Assembly (NCBI GenBank): GCA_964388605.1
Contig: CAYMBC010000002.1
Span: forward strand, 1 to 38,042
Length of the DNA stretch: 38,042 bases
DNA from: an uncultured Gammaproteobacteria bacterium
GTDB taxonomy: Bacteria; Patescibacteriota; Patescibacteriia; SG8-24; DYFX01
Reading direction: 5' to 3'
Shown here: positions 19,701 to 27,120 of the stretch, piece after piece
Position numbering within the stretch: position 1 is the first letter of the stretch
How the letters are laid out: every line of letters starts with the position of its first letter
Notes under the pieces: model-generated
Told to the model about the DNA's origin: nothing
Database searches by the model: none
Seen by the model: the letters and a program-made list of their open reading frames with translations, nothing else
Made by a program: the position numbers and the translations under genes

Positions 19701-19810
19701 CGGAGCTGATCCGCAAGGATATGCCGTCCGCGACCGAGGAGGAGGCGCTCGTGGCCGAGATGGCCGCGGAACTCCTCCGCGCGTACGGCTTCGTCCCGTC
19801 GAAATTCTGA
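16745..19810 (+). CDS. DEAH/RHA-family ATP-dependent helicase (HrpA/HrpB-like) with a long unassigned C-terminal extension
   Basis: Walker A NGAGKTT (16838-16855), DEMH box (17120-17131), SATL, TNIAETSITLDG and QRAGRAGR, followed by HA2/OB-like sequence. The last ~400 aa have no motif I recognise except CPLCGHDLSDTCYHNHD. Confidence 0.85.
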   Translation: MQGERLPILARRGEIVDAIRENQVVVLAAHNGAGKTTWVPRFLLEEGFGKGGLIGVTQPRRVAAMSVAAYVAEQMESGLGVKVGYQIRHDQRLSPKTAIKFMTDGILLRELQADPLVKQYGVLVLDEMHERNMNQDFTLALVKRALEQRPGLKVVVMSATLNEKVFADYFDAKIVRIEGRQYPVEIEYLEEMPYDVIEESIAAVSAALTRTRGDVLVFAPDLASINKITSQLAEQKLGVEIRALYGDQSPEEQRRVFVRGGRRVIVATNIAETSITLDGVTAVVDTGLIKQMAYLPHAAMSSLQAVEHSRAGCDQRAGRAGRTAPGLCLRLYTRDNFHRRDAFTPPEILRSSIEQVILQMKAMEMDDAMIDSFGFLDAPSRESFAAARDTLRSISAIDGEGNLTDDGRFMTHIPLPPIVTRMVLSARVHGCVEAVVTIAASFATRSVFVRPQEKQGEADRAHAKFRNPNSDFMSVLNAVEAYRDAPNRRLFASENFLHSRAIEDVLATERQIHGLLEKFGIERSNDRDSHKIGLSVASGLMSRLFVHNGGRGHAYLRNDTANYVFIHPSSSLFKRVPQYFVAAGIVETTKAYARMLQAVTQPMLRDLIPEGELERTPLRYYVDGTAEPPTLCCEVGISWRGHRLGVAYDDDIRGPMVFGPIVQEIVASHGGGVFRHDGLPGIHTLGSWHPDVNENIWSIRNFSTRFVSFIPPSAAELTRFYCERLEGVSSIEDALKRDLKMDLTERLSDDDLERHLRPTASVLPPLPAPVPASPASYAEMPRKEEVVGETERLGRLARDAIKQEIGTCPLCGHDLSDTCYHNHDPRRLLFEGSTSVYLTLLTDSGQEVARVLVHKSDGRVELHTNTRLLNWRSWTGKHFTSINAKRRTDDIIPATVRDLDGFMAAFEELKRWRAEAERIKAEEAALRKEIARGNVARLTFESSVGGRPVAHHRGMTYVPPNALPYPEVGETWFCRLTTPTQGRPSAELIRKDMPSATEEEALVAEMAAELLRAYGFVPSKF

Positions 19811-19812
19811 TG

Positions 19813-19837
19813 CCCGCATCGACTGATGCGGGTTTTT
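19813..19837 (+). terminator. Rho-independent terminator
   Basis: CCCGCATC-GACT-GATGCGGG followed by TTTTT, starting 3 nt after the helicase stop. Confidence 0.8.
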
Positions 19838-19847
19838 CTTTTGCATG

Positions 19848-19870
19848 AAAAAAACTCCCGCAAGGGGAGT
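19848..19870 (-). terminator. Rho-independent terminator for the small minus-strand ORF
   Basis: The minus strand reads ACTCCC-CTTGC-GGGAGT followed by T7. The stem is related to the AACTCCCC...GGGGAGTT hairpins at 31530 and 32238. Confidence 0.6.
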
Positions 19871-19891
19871 TGTTAAAAACGCGCGAGGCTT

Positions 19892-20173
19892 TCACCGCTT
19901 CTTCCGACGGCCGGCATCTCCCGGCTTCTTGCCGGGCTTCTTCCCGCGCCGCGACGGCTTTGCGAGAACCGCTTCGATCCGGCCGAGCGCCAGTTCGAGC
20001 TTGTAGTTGAGCGTTTCGGCGTTCGCGATATCCGTCAGATCCTTGAGATGCTCGAACGTGAACGCGGAGAGCGGGATGGACTTTAGCTTCTCGATCAGTC
20101 TTTCCTTTCGATCCAATAGCGGCTGTTGTGCCGCGCGACGCATTTCGTAGTAAAGATCGGCTGAAGACGACAT
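19892..20173 (-). CDS. Small hypothetical protein with a Lys/Arg/Gly-rich C-terminal tail
   Basis: The ATG at 20173 is preceded by GAAGGAG 7 nt upstream on the minus strand. A helical N-terminal part is followed by PSRRGKKPGKKPGDAGRRKKR. It has its own terminator. Confidence 0.55.
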   Translation of the reverse strand: MSSSADLYYEMRRAAQQPLLDRKERLIEKLKSIPLSAFTFEHLKDLTDIANAETLNYKLELALGRIEAVLAKPSRRGKKPGKKPGDAGRRKKR

Positions 20174-20204
20174 GAGAGCTCCTTCGCAAGCGCGCGCTTG
20201 CGGT

Positions 20205-20232
20205 TCGAGACTGACATGGTTTAGGCTACACT
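20205..20232 (+). promoter_or_regulatory. Candidate murI promoter: TCGAGA-16 nt-TACACT, with the -10 ending 6 nt before the ATG
   Basis: TCGAGA at 20205-20210, TACACT at 20227-20232 and ATG at 20239. No SD. Confidence 0.4.
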
Positions 20233-20238
20233 GTCAAT

Positions 20239-21033
20239 ATGATCGGACTCTTCGATTCAGGAATCGGCGGACTGACCGTCGTGCGCGCGCTTCGCGCCGC
20301 ACGACCGGATTTGTCGTACGTCTATCTGGGCGACACGGCCCGCGCGCCGTACGGCCCGAAAAGCCCGGAAACGATCCGCCGCTATTCCGAAGAGGCGGTT
20401 GAGTTTCTGACGGGGAAGGGCGCGACCGCGATCATCATCGCTTGCAACACCGCCTCGTCGCTCGCTGCCGAGCACCTGCGCGCCGGGCACCCGGGACTCC
20501 CGATCTTCGAAGTCGTGGGCCCGGCCGTACGGCTGGCCGCGCGCGTTTCCCAGAAAAAAAGAATCGGCATGATCGGCACGCGCGCCACGGTCGCGAGCGG
20601 AGTATACGAGCGCCTCTTGAAGGAGGTTGATCCGTCGATCGAGGTGTTTTCGAAAGCGGCGCCTCTGCTCGTGTCGCTGGTCGAAGAAGGATGGATCGAT
20701 CAGCCGGAAGCGACGACAATCGTCGGGAAATATCTGGCGCCGGTGCGCGAGGCCGATATCGACGCTTTGATCTTGGGCTGCACGCATTACCCGATCTTGA
20801 AGGAGACGATTGCCGCGGCGGCAGGGGAGGGCGTGAAGCTCGTCGATTCCGCCGAGGCGGTCGTGCGTGAGTTGTGTGCTACACTTGCAAGAGATCCGGC
20901 GTTCGCCGCGTCCCTTGCAAGCGGGGGCTGCGCATCGTATTTCACCACCGATCCAACCCCGGCCTTCACCGAGCTCGGCGCCAGATGGCTTGGTACGGAG
21001 ATCGCCGTTTCTCATGCAACTCTTTCCGCATAA
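20239..21033 (+). CDS. murI: Glutamate racemase
   Basis: GLFDSGIGGLTV, the two catalytic Cys blocks IIACNTAS and LGCTHYP, and a typical length of 264 aa. Confidence 0.92.
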   Translation: MIGLFDSGIGGLTVVRALRAARPDLSYVYLGDTARAPYGPKSPETIRRYSEEAVEFLTGKGATAIIIACNTASSLAAEHLRAGHPGLPIFEVVGPAVRLAARVSQKKRIGMIGTRATVASGVYERLLKEVDPSIEVFSKAAPLLVSLVEEGWIDQPEATTIVGKYLAPVREADIDALILGCTHYPILKETIAAAAGEGVKLVDSAEAVVRELCATLARDPAFAASLASGGCASYFTTDPTPAFTELGARWLGTEIAVSHATLSA

Positions 21034-21035
21034 TC

Positions 21036-22166
21036 ATGGAAACCCTCTTTACGCACGGTTCGACTATCTTGCTGTTCATCATCGTCTTGGGACTGCTCGT
21101 GCTTGCTCATGAACTCGGACACTTTCTAGCGGCGCGTTTTTTCGGGATCGACGTGGAAGAGTTCGGGTTCGGGTACCCGCCCCGTATTTTTGGTTTTACG
21201 AAAGGCAGGACGCTTTATAGCTTCAATTGGATTCCTCTCGGCGGCTTCGTCAAAGTCAAAGGAGAAGAGGGTTCGGACAGCAAGGACCCTGCCGCGTTCG
21301 CTAACAAGCCGGCTTGGAACCGCGTGGTCGTCACGTGCGCGGGCGTGTTCATGAATCTCGTCCTTTCTTCCCTCCTTTTCGCCGTCGGCTTTATGGTCGG
21401 CATGCCGCAGGCGGCGACCGATGTCCCGTCCAGCGCCCGCGTGCGCGATCGCCAGGTACAGATCGTCGACGTTTTGAAAGGCGCCCCGGCTGAACGGGCT
21501 GGTTTCATGGCTGGCGACGTCATTCTCGCGATCAACGGGAAGCCTTTCGACAAGATCGAAGATATTCAGGCCTTCATCAACGCTTCCGAATCTCCCGTAC
21601 GCATCGACATTCGCCGTGGAAAAAAAACCTTCGCGACCGAACTTGATCCCGTGCTTGAACCGACGCTTGGCAAACGGGTCATGGGCGTCGGCCTGATCGA
21701 GGCGGCGACGGTTTCGCATCCTTGGTATTCGGCGATCGGGAAGGGGATTCAGGCGACAGGCTTCTACCTGAAAGAAATCCTGTCGTCTTTTGCCGATCTT
21801 TTCAAAGGCTTGTTTGTCGGCCAAAAGACGGATGTGGAATTCTCCGGACCCGTCGGTATCGCCGTTCTCACCGGACGCGCGGCGCGCCTGGGCTTCTCGT
21901 ATCTTCTGCAATTCGCGGCGCTGCTCTCGATCAACCTCGCCGTCATCAACATCCTGCCTATCCCCGTGCTCGACGGCGGCCGCCTGCTGTTCATCGTGAT
22001 TGAAAAAGTGCGCGGGCGCTCCGTGCGCCCCGTCGTCGAGGCGATCGTGTACCGCATCGCGTTCTTCCTGCTGCTCGGCCTCGTTGTGGTCGTGACGGCC
22101 AAAGACCTTTCCCGTTACGGCAACCAGATCTTGAAAGCGCTCGGAAGCTTGGTGGGTCTGAGTTAA
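21036..22166 (+). CDS. rseP: RIP (site-2) zinc metalloprotease RseP (M50) with a PDZ domain
   Basis: The ATG at 21036 comes 2 nt after the murI stop. Motifs present: HELGHFLAAR (HExxH), a PDZ-like segment GAPAERAGFMAGDVILAINGK, and LSINLAVINILPIPVLDGG. Confidence 0.9.
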   Translation: METLFTHGSTILLFIIVLGLLVLAHELGHFLAARFFGIDVEEFGFGYPPRIFGFTKGRTLYSFNWIPLGGFVKVKGEEGSDSKDPAAFANKPAWNRVVVTCAGVFMNLVLSSLLFAVGFMVGMPQAATDVPSSARVRDRQVQIVDVLKGAPAERAGFMAGDVILAINGKPFDKIEDIQAFINASESPVRIDIRRGKKTFATELDPVLEPTLGKRVMGVGLIEAATVSHPWYSAIGKGIQATGFYLKEILSSFADLFKGLFVGQKTDVEFSGPVGIAVLTGRAARLGFSYLLQFAALLSINLAVINILPIPVLDGGRLLFIVIEKVRGRSVRPVVEAIVYRIAFFLLLGLVVVVTAKDLSRYGNQILKALGSLVGLS

Positions 22167-22176
22167 AAAAGAAAAA

Positions 22177-22195
22177 CCGCCAGAAGGCGGCTTTT
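22177..22195 (+). terminator. Short-stem terminator after rseP
   Basis: CCGCC-AGAA-GGCGG followed by CTTTT, preceded by an A-run. The stem is only 5 bp. Confidence 0.5.
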
Positions 22196-22467
22196 CGCGT
22201 GTCAGCGCCCGATCAGCCTCGCTTGGCGCGGCAGAGAAAGGGATTCGCCGATCAAATCAAGAGCGGGAAATGGCTGAAGACGGCAGCGGGTCCCCGGCTG
22301 TACTGGGAAGCGCCTCGAGCGCCAGGGCAAAGTGTTCCCTGAGCCGGTCTTGCCCTGCCTGCTTTCTTTCTTCCGCGATGAAAGCCATGGAGAAGGGTGC
22401 GATTGATTCTCGCGATTGCCCTCGGCGTACGCAAAACACGAGAACGGCGCATTCACGAAAAGGGAAG

Positions 22468-22496
22468 TCGACAAAATCGCGTCTTTGCCTTAAAGT
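22468..22496 (+). promoter_or_regulatory. Candidate pheS promoter: TCGACA-17 nt-TAAAGT, with the -10 ending 6 nt before the ATG
   Basis: TCGACA at 22468-22473, TAAAGT at 22491-22496 and ATG at 22503. No SD. Confidence 0.5.
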
Positions 22497-22502
22497 ACCC
22501 GT

Positions 22503-23561
22503 ATGAAAGAGCAATTTGAACGGCTTCAAACTGAAGCGATCTCGGCCTTCGCCGATGCAAAAGATGCGGCAGATCTTGAGGCTGCGGAAATCAAATACCT
22601 CGGACGCAAAGGCTCCATGGCCGCCCTCATGCAAGGGATGGCCGGCTTGGCTTCGCACGAGCGTCCCGTAATGGGCAAGCTCGCCAACGAAGCGAAAGTC
22701 GCGATCGATCGAGCGCTCGCCGAACGCAGAAAAGAACTCGAGGCCGAAAAGCTCGGCAAGCTTGCCACCGAAGAATGGATAGACCTCACGGCGCCTGGCA
22801 CGCGCCCGCCCGAAGGGCACCTCCACCTTGTCACCGACGCCGTCGCGGCCGTCACGGACATTTTTTCGCGCATTGGTTTCACGCGCGTGCGCTATCCCGA
22901 AGTCGAGTGGGACTGGTACGCTTTCGAAGCGCTCAATATGCCGAAGGATCACCCGGCTCGCGACGAATGGGAGACGTTCTTCATGGACGCTCCCGAGCAC
23001 CCGAAGCTCGGCAAGATGGTGCTGACGCCGCACACCTCTTCGGGTCAGGTGCGCGAGATGCAGAAGGGAAAGCTTCCGATCCGCATGATCAACATCTCGA
23101 AGACGTATCGCCGTCAAAGCGACGTGACGCACGTGCCGATGTTCCACCAGTTCGAAGGCTTGATGATCGACAAGAACGTTTCCGTCACGCACCTGAAGGG
23201 CGTGCTTGATCATTTCGCGCGGGAGTTTTTCGGGCCGACGCGCGTTACGCGCTTGCGCCCGTTCCATTTCCGCTTTACCGAACCTTCGTTTGAAATCGAC
23301 ATCTCCTGCGATCTCTGCGGCGGCGCCGGCAAGATCGGCGAAGCCAAATGTCGCGTCTGCAAGGAAGGCTGGCTCGAGCTCGGCGGCGCCGGCATGGTAC
23401 ACCCGAATGTCCTCAAGGCCGGAGGCGTCGACTCCGAGAAATGGAGCGGCTTCGCTTTCGGCTGGGGCGTCGAGCGCACGATGATGATGCGCGAAGGCGT
23501 GAAGATCGATGACATCCGCAGGCTCTATAAGAACGATTTCCGCTTCCTTCAACAGTTCTGA
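22503..23561 (+). CDS. pheS: Phenylalanine--tRNA ligase alpha subunit
   Basis: The N-terminal coiled-coil region is followed by class II motifs (HPARDEWETFF, LTPHTSSGQVR, FRFTEPSFEID, GAGMVHPNVL, FGWGVER). Confidence 0.95.
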   Translation: MKEQFERLQTEAISAFADAKDAADLEAAEIKYLGRKGSMAALMQGMAGLASHERPVMGKLANEAKVAIDRALAERRKELEAEKLGKLATEEWIDLTAPGTRPPEGHLHLVTDAVAAVTDIFSRIGFTRVRYPEVEWDWYAFEALNMPKDHPARDEWETFFMDAPEHPKLGKMVLTPHTSSGQVREMQKGKLPIRMINISKTYRRQSDVTHVPMFHQFEGLMIDKNVSVTHLKGVLDHFAREFFGPTRVTRLRPFHFRFTEPSFEIDISCDLCGGAGKIGEAKCRVCKEGWLELGGAGMVHPNVLKAGGVDSEKWSGFAFGWGVERTMMMREGVKIDDIRRLYKNDFRFLQQF

Positions 23562-23562
23562 T

Positions 23563-23898
23563 ATGGCGGCTTTCCTCGCTCTCCTCGTCGCGCAGCTTCT
23601 CTATACCACGGCAGACGTGTTCCAGAAGAAGGCGCTTGGCAATCTCGGCTTTTCGTTCCGCACTTTCCTGAATCCTGCCTTCGCGTTCACCTTCCTGATT
23701 TCCGGATCGGGCTTCATCTTCCAAATGTTCGCGCTTTCGCGCATGGAGCTCTCGCGCGCCATCATCCTCCTCGGCGTCATCGGCGTCATGACGGCGGCGA
23801 TCGCCGGCGTCATCGTCTTTCATGATAGGTTCACCTGGTGGAACTGGCTCGGCGTCGCCTTCGCGATTTCCGCCATCGTGCTCGTGAAGCTAAAATGA
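23563..23898 (+). CDS. Small 4-TM membrane protein (single EamA/SMR-like domain)
   Basis: 111 aa, starting 1 nt after the pheS stop. Hydrophobic segments: AAFLALLVAQLLYTTADVF, FAFTFLISGSGFIFQMFAL, IILLGVIGVMTAAIAGVIVF and WLGVAFAISAIVLV. Confidence 0.6.
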   Translation: MAAFLALLVAQLLYTTADVFQKKALGNLGFSFRTFLNPAFAFTFLISGSGFIFQMFALSRMELSRAIILLGVIGVMTAAIAGVIVFHDRFTWWNWLGVAFAISAIVLVKLK

Positions 23899-23903
23899 TG
23901 CTG

Positions 23904-23971
23904 TGTCATCCCTGCGAAAGCAGGGATCCAGCACCATAATGAACTGGATTCCCGCTTTCGCGGGAATGACA
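23904..23971. repeat. 68-nt compound inverted repeat (two 8-bp hairpins forming 28-nt arms), REP/MITE-like
   Basis: The left arm is TGTCATCCCTGCGAAAGCAGGGATCCAG (23904-23931), followed by a 12-nt spacer. The right arm is CTGGATTCCCGCTTTCGCGGGAATGACA (23944-23971). The arms match at 24 of 28 positions. The four differences are pairwise compensatory, so each arm keeps its own hairpin (ATCCCTGC/GCAGGGAT and ATTCCCGC/GCGGGAAT). Confidence 0.8.
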
Positions 23972-23978
23972 AAGAAGT

Positions 23979-26384
23979 ATGAATCTCCTCGTCTCCTACA
24001 ATTGGCTGAAGCAGTACGTGAAACTGGAAGAAACGCCGCAGGAATTCGCGGCTCGGCTTTCGCTTTCCGGTCCGTCGATCGAACGCATCCATCCGCAAGG
24101 CGCGGCGCTGGCGAACATTGTCGTCGGCAAGATCGTGAACGTGAAGCCGCACCCGAACGCTGACAAGTTGCGCGTCGTCGAAACCGATTTGGGATCGATG
24201 GTGAAGGAGGTCGTCTGCGGCGGATCGAATCTTGCACCCGGACAGCTCGTTGCCGTGGCGCTCCCCGGCTCCTGGGTGAAATGGCACGGGGAAGGGGAGC
24301 CGGTGGAAATCAAAGCGACGGCGCTCCGCGGCGTCGAATCCTACGGCATGATCTGCGGCGCCGACGAAGTCGGGCTGCTCGATCGTTTTCCGAAAAAAGA
24401 AGAAAAAGAGATCGTCGATCTCACGCCCTTGAAGTTCAGGCCGGGCACGCCGCTCGCCGAGGCGCTTGGCATGGACGACGTCGTCTTCGACGTCGAAATT
24501 ACCTCGAATCGCCCGGACGCGTTTTGCCTGACCGGGATGGCGCGCGAAGCGTCCGCGATTTTGAGCGCGCCCATGACTTGGAAGGCTCCGAAGATGCCGA
24601 AGATGAAGGCGGGAGCGAAACCGCTCCCATTCTCGGTTTCCGTCGCGGCGAAAAAACTGTGCCCGCGCTACCAGGCGATCGTCATGAAGAACGTGAAGGT
24701 CGGCCCGAGCCCGGCATGGATGAAAGAACGTCTCGCTTCTGCGGGCGTCCGCTCGATCAACAATCTCGTCGATATCACCAACTACGTGCGCCTCGAGCTC
24801 GGACAGCCGATGCACGTCTTCGATTATGAAAAGCTCGCCGGTTCCAAAATCACGGTTCGCGAAGCGAGCGCGGGGGAAAAGATGAAGGCGCTCGACGGCA
24901 ACGCGTACGAGCTCAAGCTTGGCCAACTCGTGATCGCCGACGCGGCGCGCCCGGTCGCGATCGCGGGCGTCATGGGCGGCGAGGAAAGCGGCGCGACCGA
25001 GCAGACGACGACAATTGTCTTCGAATCGGCGGCATTTGACGCCGTTTCGGTGCGCCGCGCGGCTCGCGCGCTCAATCTGCACTCCGATTCCTCGCAGCTG
25101 TACGAAAAAGGACTATCGACCGAAATCACGGCTGTCGCTCTTGCCCGCGCCGCCTCGCTGGCTGCCGAACTCGCCGGAGCCGAAGTCGCTTCCAAGGTCG
25201 TCGATGCTCGGGCTTCTGCCTACGAGCCGCTCGTCTTCCCGTTCCGACCGGACCGCGCCGCGGAACTGATCGGCGTTTCGATTCCCGCCGCTAAAATGAA
25301 AAAGATCCTGGTAGATCTTGGTTTTAAAGTTTCCGGAACGGCCAAGACGTGGAAAGTCATCGTGCCGCACTGGCGCGACCACGACATTGAAGGCGAGCGC
25401 GATCTGGTCGAAGAAGTCGCTCGCGTCTACGGCTACGGCAATCTTCCTTCCGTGATGCCGGAAGGCCGCCTTCCGCTCGCCGCGCCGGACCGCGCCCTCG
25501 TTTGGGAAGATCGCGCCAAGCGCCATTTGAAGGATTGGGGCTTCACCGAGCTCATGACCTACTCGTTCGTGTCGAAAGACCTTGCCGAGAAATCGAGCTG
25601 CGGCGCGCAATCGATGGTGCGCATCAACAACCCGCTGACGGAAGAATTTGAGTTCATGCGCGACCGCCTGATCGGCAGCCTGCTCAAAGTCATCGCCGAG
25701 AACCAGGAAGAAGCGGTGGCAGGACGCGCGTTCGAGCTGGCTAACGTGTATACCCCGCGCCAGGGCGATTTGCCGCTTGAAACTCCGCGTCTTGTCGTCG
25801 CTGCGTGGAGCCGGAACGAGGACGGTCGCGACGTCTTTGCGATCAAGGGCGTGGTCGAGGCGCTGCTGGATTCATTCGGCGTCCGCGGAGCAAAATTCGA
25901 GCGCGGAGGCGGCTCGGACGTCTGGCATCCTGGCCGCAGCGGCGTCGTGAAGATCGGCGACCAGATGCTCGGAGGATTCGGGGAATTCCATCCGAACTTC
26001 CTGCGCCGTTTCGGCATCGATCGCCGCGTCGCTGCCGTCAGCCTCGATTTCCCCATGCTGGCTTCTTGGGCCAACGAGGCCAAGTTCTACGCGCCGATTC
26101 CGGAATTCCCTCGCGTGAAGCGCGATGTCGCTTTCGTCGTCGAGCGACATGTAGAACATGCCTCCATCATCGCCAAACTGGAAAACGCCGACCCGCTTGT
26201 CGTTTCCGTCGAACTGTTCGACGTCTATGAAGGCGAAAATCTCGGCGCCGGCAAGAAGAGCATGGCGTATCATCTTGAATTCGCCGCTCCCGACCGAACA
26301 CTCAAGGCAGAGGAAGTCGATCGTGTCCTTGAAACGCTCCGTGCGAAACTTAAAAACGACTTCGGAGCCGAAGTCCGCTCTTAA
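23979..26384 (+). CDS. pheT: Phenylalanine--tRNA ligase beta subunit
   Basis: MNLLVSYNWLKQYV start; tRNA-binding OB domain, B3/4, B5 and FDX-ACB-like C-terminal regions in the canonical order; 801 aa. Confidence 0.95.
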   Translation: MNLLVSYNWLKQYVKLEETPQEFAARLSLSGPSIERIHPQGAALANIVVGKIVNVKPHPNADKLRVVETDLGSMVKEVVCGGSNLAPGQLVAVALPGSWVKWHGEGEPVEIKATALRGVESYGMICGADEVGLLDRFPKKEEKEIVDLTPLKFRPGTPLAEALGMDDVVFDVEITSNRPDAFCLTGMAREASAILSAPMTWKAPKMPKMKAGAKPLPFSVSVAAKKLCPRYQAIVMKNVKVGPSPAWMKERLASAGVRSINNLVDITNYVRLELGQPMHVFDYEKLAGSKITVREASAGEKMKALDGNAYELKLGQLVIADAARPVAIAGVMGGEESGATEQTTTIVFESAAFDAVSVRRAARALNLHSDSSQLYEKGLSTEITAVALARAASLAAELAGAEVASKVVDARASAYEPLVFPFRPDRAAELIGVSIPAAKMKKILVDLGFKVSGTAKTWKVIVPHWRDHDIEGERDLVEEVARVYGYGNLPSVMPEGRLPLAAPDRALVWEDRAKRHLKDWGFTELMTYSFVSKDLAEKSSCGAQSMVRINNPLTEEFEFMRDRLIGSLLKVIAENQEEAVAGRAFELANVYTPRQGDLPLETPRLVVAAWSRNEDGRDVFAIKGVVEALLDSFGVRGAKFERGGGSDVWHPGRSGVVKIGDQMLGGFGEFHPNFLRRFGIDRRVAAVSLDFPMLASWANEAKFYAPIPEFPRVKRDVAFVVERHVEHASIIAKLENADPLVVSVELFDVYEGENLGAGKKSMAYHLEFAAPDRTLKAEEVDRVLETLRAKLKNDFGAEVRS

Positions 26385-26396
26385 TCCTTCGTATCT

Positions 26397-26687
26397 ATGG
26401 GAACCCGAAACGAGTTCATCCAGCGCCAGCACGACGAAGTCCGGGAAACGCTTGAACGCTTGCGCGAGCATGCGATGGGCTTCGAGGAGAAAATGCAGGA
26501 AGGCGAAGACGCGGAAGAGTGGCAGCCGCTCGTTGACGAGGCGAGAGCCGGCGTGGCCGCGCTCGAACCCGTTTTAGCCGACTTCGACAACGCCGGAGTA
26601 GATCCGGAGGAACTCGTGCAGTACGCGCAGGTCATCGAGCAATGGCAGATGCGCGAAGCCGAGTTCGCCAAGAAACTCCAATCGTGA
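26397..26687 (+). CDS. Small acidic hypothetical protein
   Basis: 96-aa helical, Glu-rich ORF immediately after pheT. No SD, and I recognise no family. Confidence 0.4.
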   Translation: MGTRNEFIQRQHDEVRETLERLREHAMGFEEKMQEGEDAEEWQPLVDEARAGVAALEPVLADFDNAGVDPEELVQYAQVIEQWQMREAEFAKKLQS

Positions 26688-26711
26688 TAGCATGAAGCCA
26701 TAACGGAGGAT

Positions 26712-27083
26712 ATGGTCATCGAATCATCGAAAGACATTTTGTTCGTCGTCCTGGCGCTCTGCACCCTGTGCTTCACGGCCTTCGCCTGCTGGGCGCTGTA
26801 TTACGTCATCAGCATGCTGCGCGACGCGTCTTCCGTAATGCGAGACATTCGCGACAAGATCGCCGCGATCGACAAGGCGATTTGCGCCGTGCGCGAGAAA
26901 GTCGAGGCGTCATTCGGCAGCTTTGGCATCGCCGCGGCCGGATTAAAAATGCTCGGCAGCTATCTCGAGAAACGCAAGGAAAAAGCGTCGGAGCGGATGG
27001 AAAAAGCCGCTGAACGGATCAAGAAAAAAGCAGCCAAGGTCAAAAAACGGATTCAGGAAGAGTGGGAAGAGGAGAGCGATTGA
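26712..27083 (+). CDS. Membrane-anchored coiled-coil protein (DUF948/YtxH-like appearance)
   Basis: GGAGG lies 3-4 nt upstream of the ATG. An N-terminal TM (ILFVVLALCTLCFTAFACWALYYVI) is followed by a charged helical tail. A strong terminator follows. Confidence 0.6.
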   Translation: MVIESSKDILFVVLALCTLCFTAFACWALYYVISMLRDASSVMRDIRDKIAAIDKAICAVREKVEASFGSFGIAAAGLKMLGSYLEKRKEKASERMEKAAERIKKKAAKVKKRIQEEWEEESD

Positions 27084-27090
27084 TCCGAAA

Positions 27091-27117
27091 CCCCTCCCGG
27101 CATACGGGAGGGGTTTT
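27091..27117 (+). terminator. Rho-independent terminator
   Basis: CCCCTCCCG-GCATA-CGGGAGGGG followed by TTTT. Confidence 0.85.
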
Positions 27118-27120
27118 GAG

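Noticed and set aside
20874-21035. N-terminal extensions suggested by the ORF track: rseP from 20874, lemA to 13595, the DsbA-like gene to 5492, radA to 3516, the gene at 29262, and fic from 13414.
   Set aside because: The extensions overlap upstream genes or translate to non-protein-like sequence. Internal ATGs give canonical family N-termini or TM/signal segments, often with an SD or tight coupling to the preceding stop.
22196-22502. A T-box riboswitch or attenuator leader regulating pheST, or RNase P, SRP or tmRNA in the gap.
   Set aside because: I found no T-box core (GGUGG-ACCGCG type). I also found no GGAAAGUCC / ACAGAA RNase P P4 halves, no SRP GGAA-tetraloop helix with matching arms, and no tRNA-like 3' end. 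The pheS promoter sits directly against the ATG, leaving no leader.
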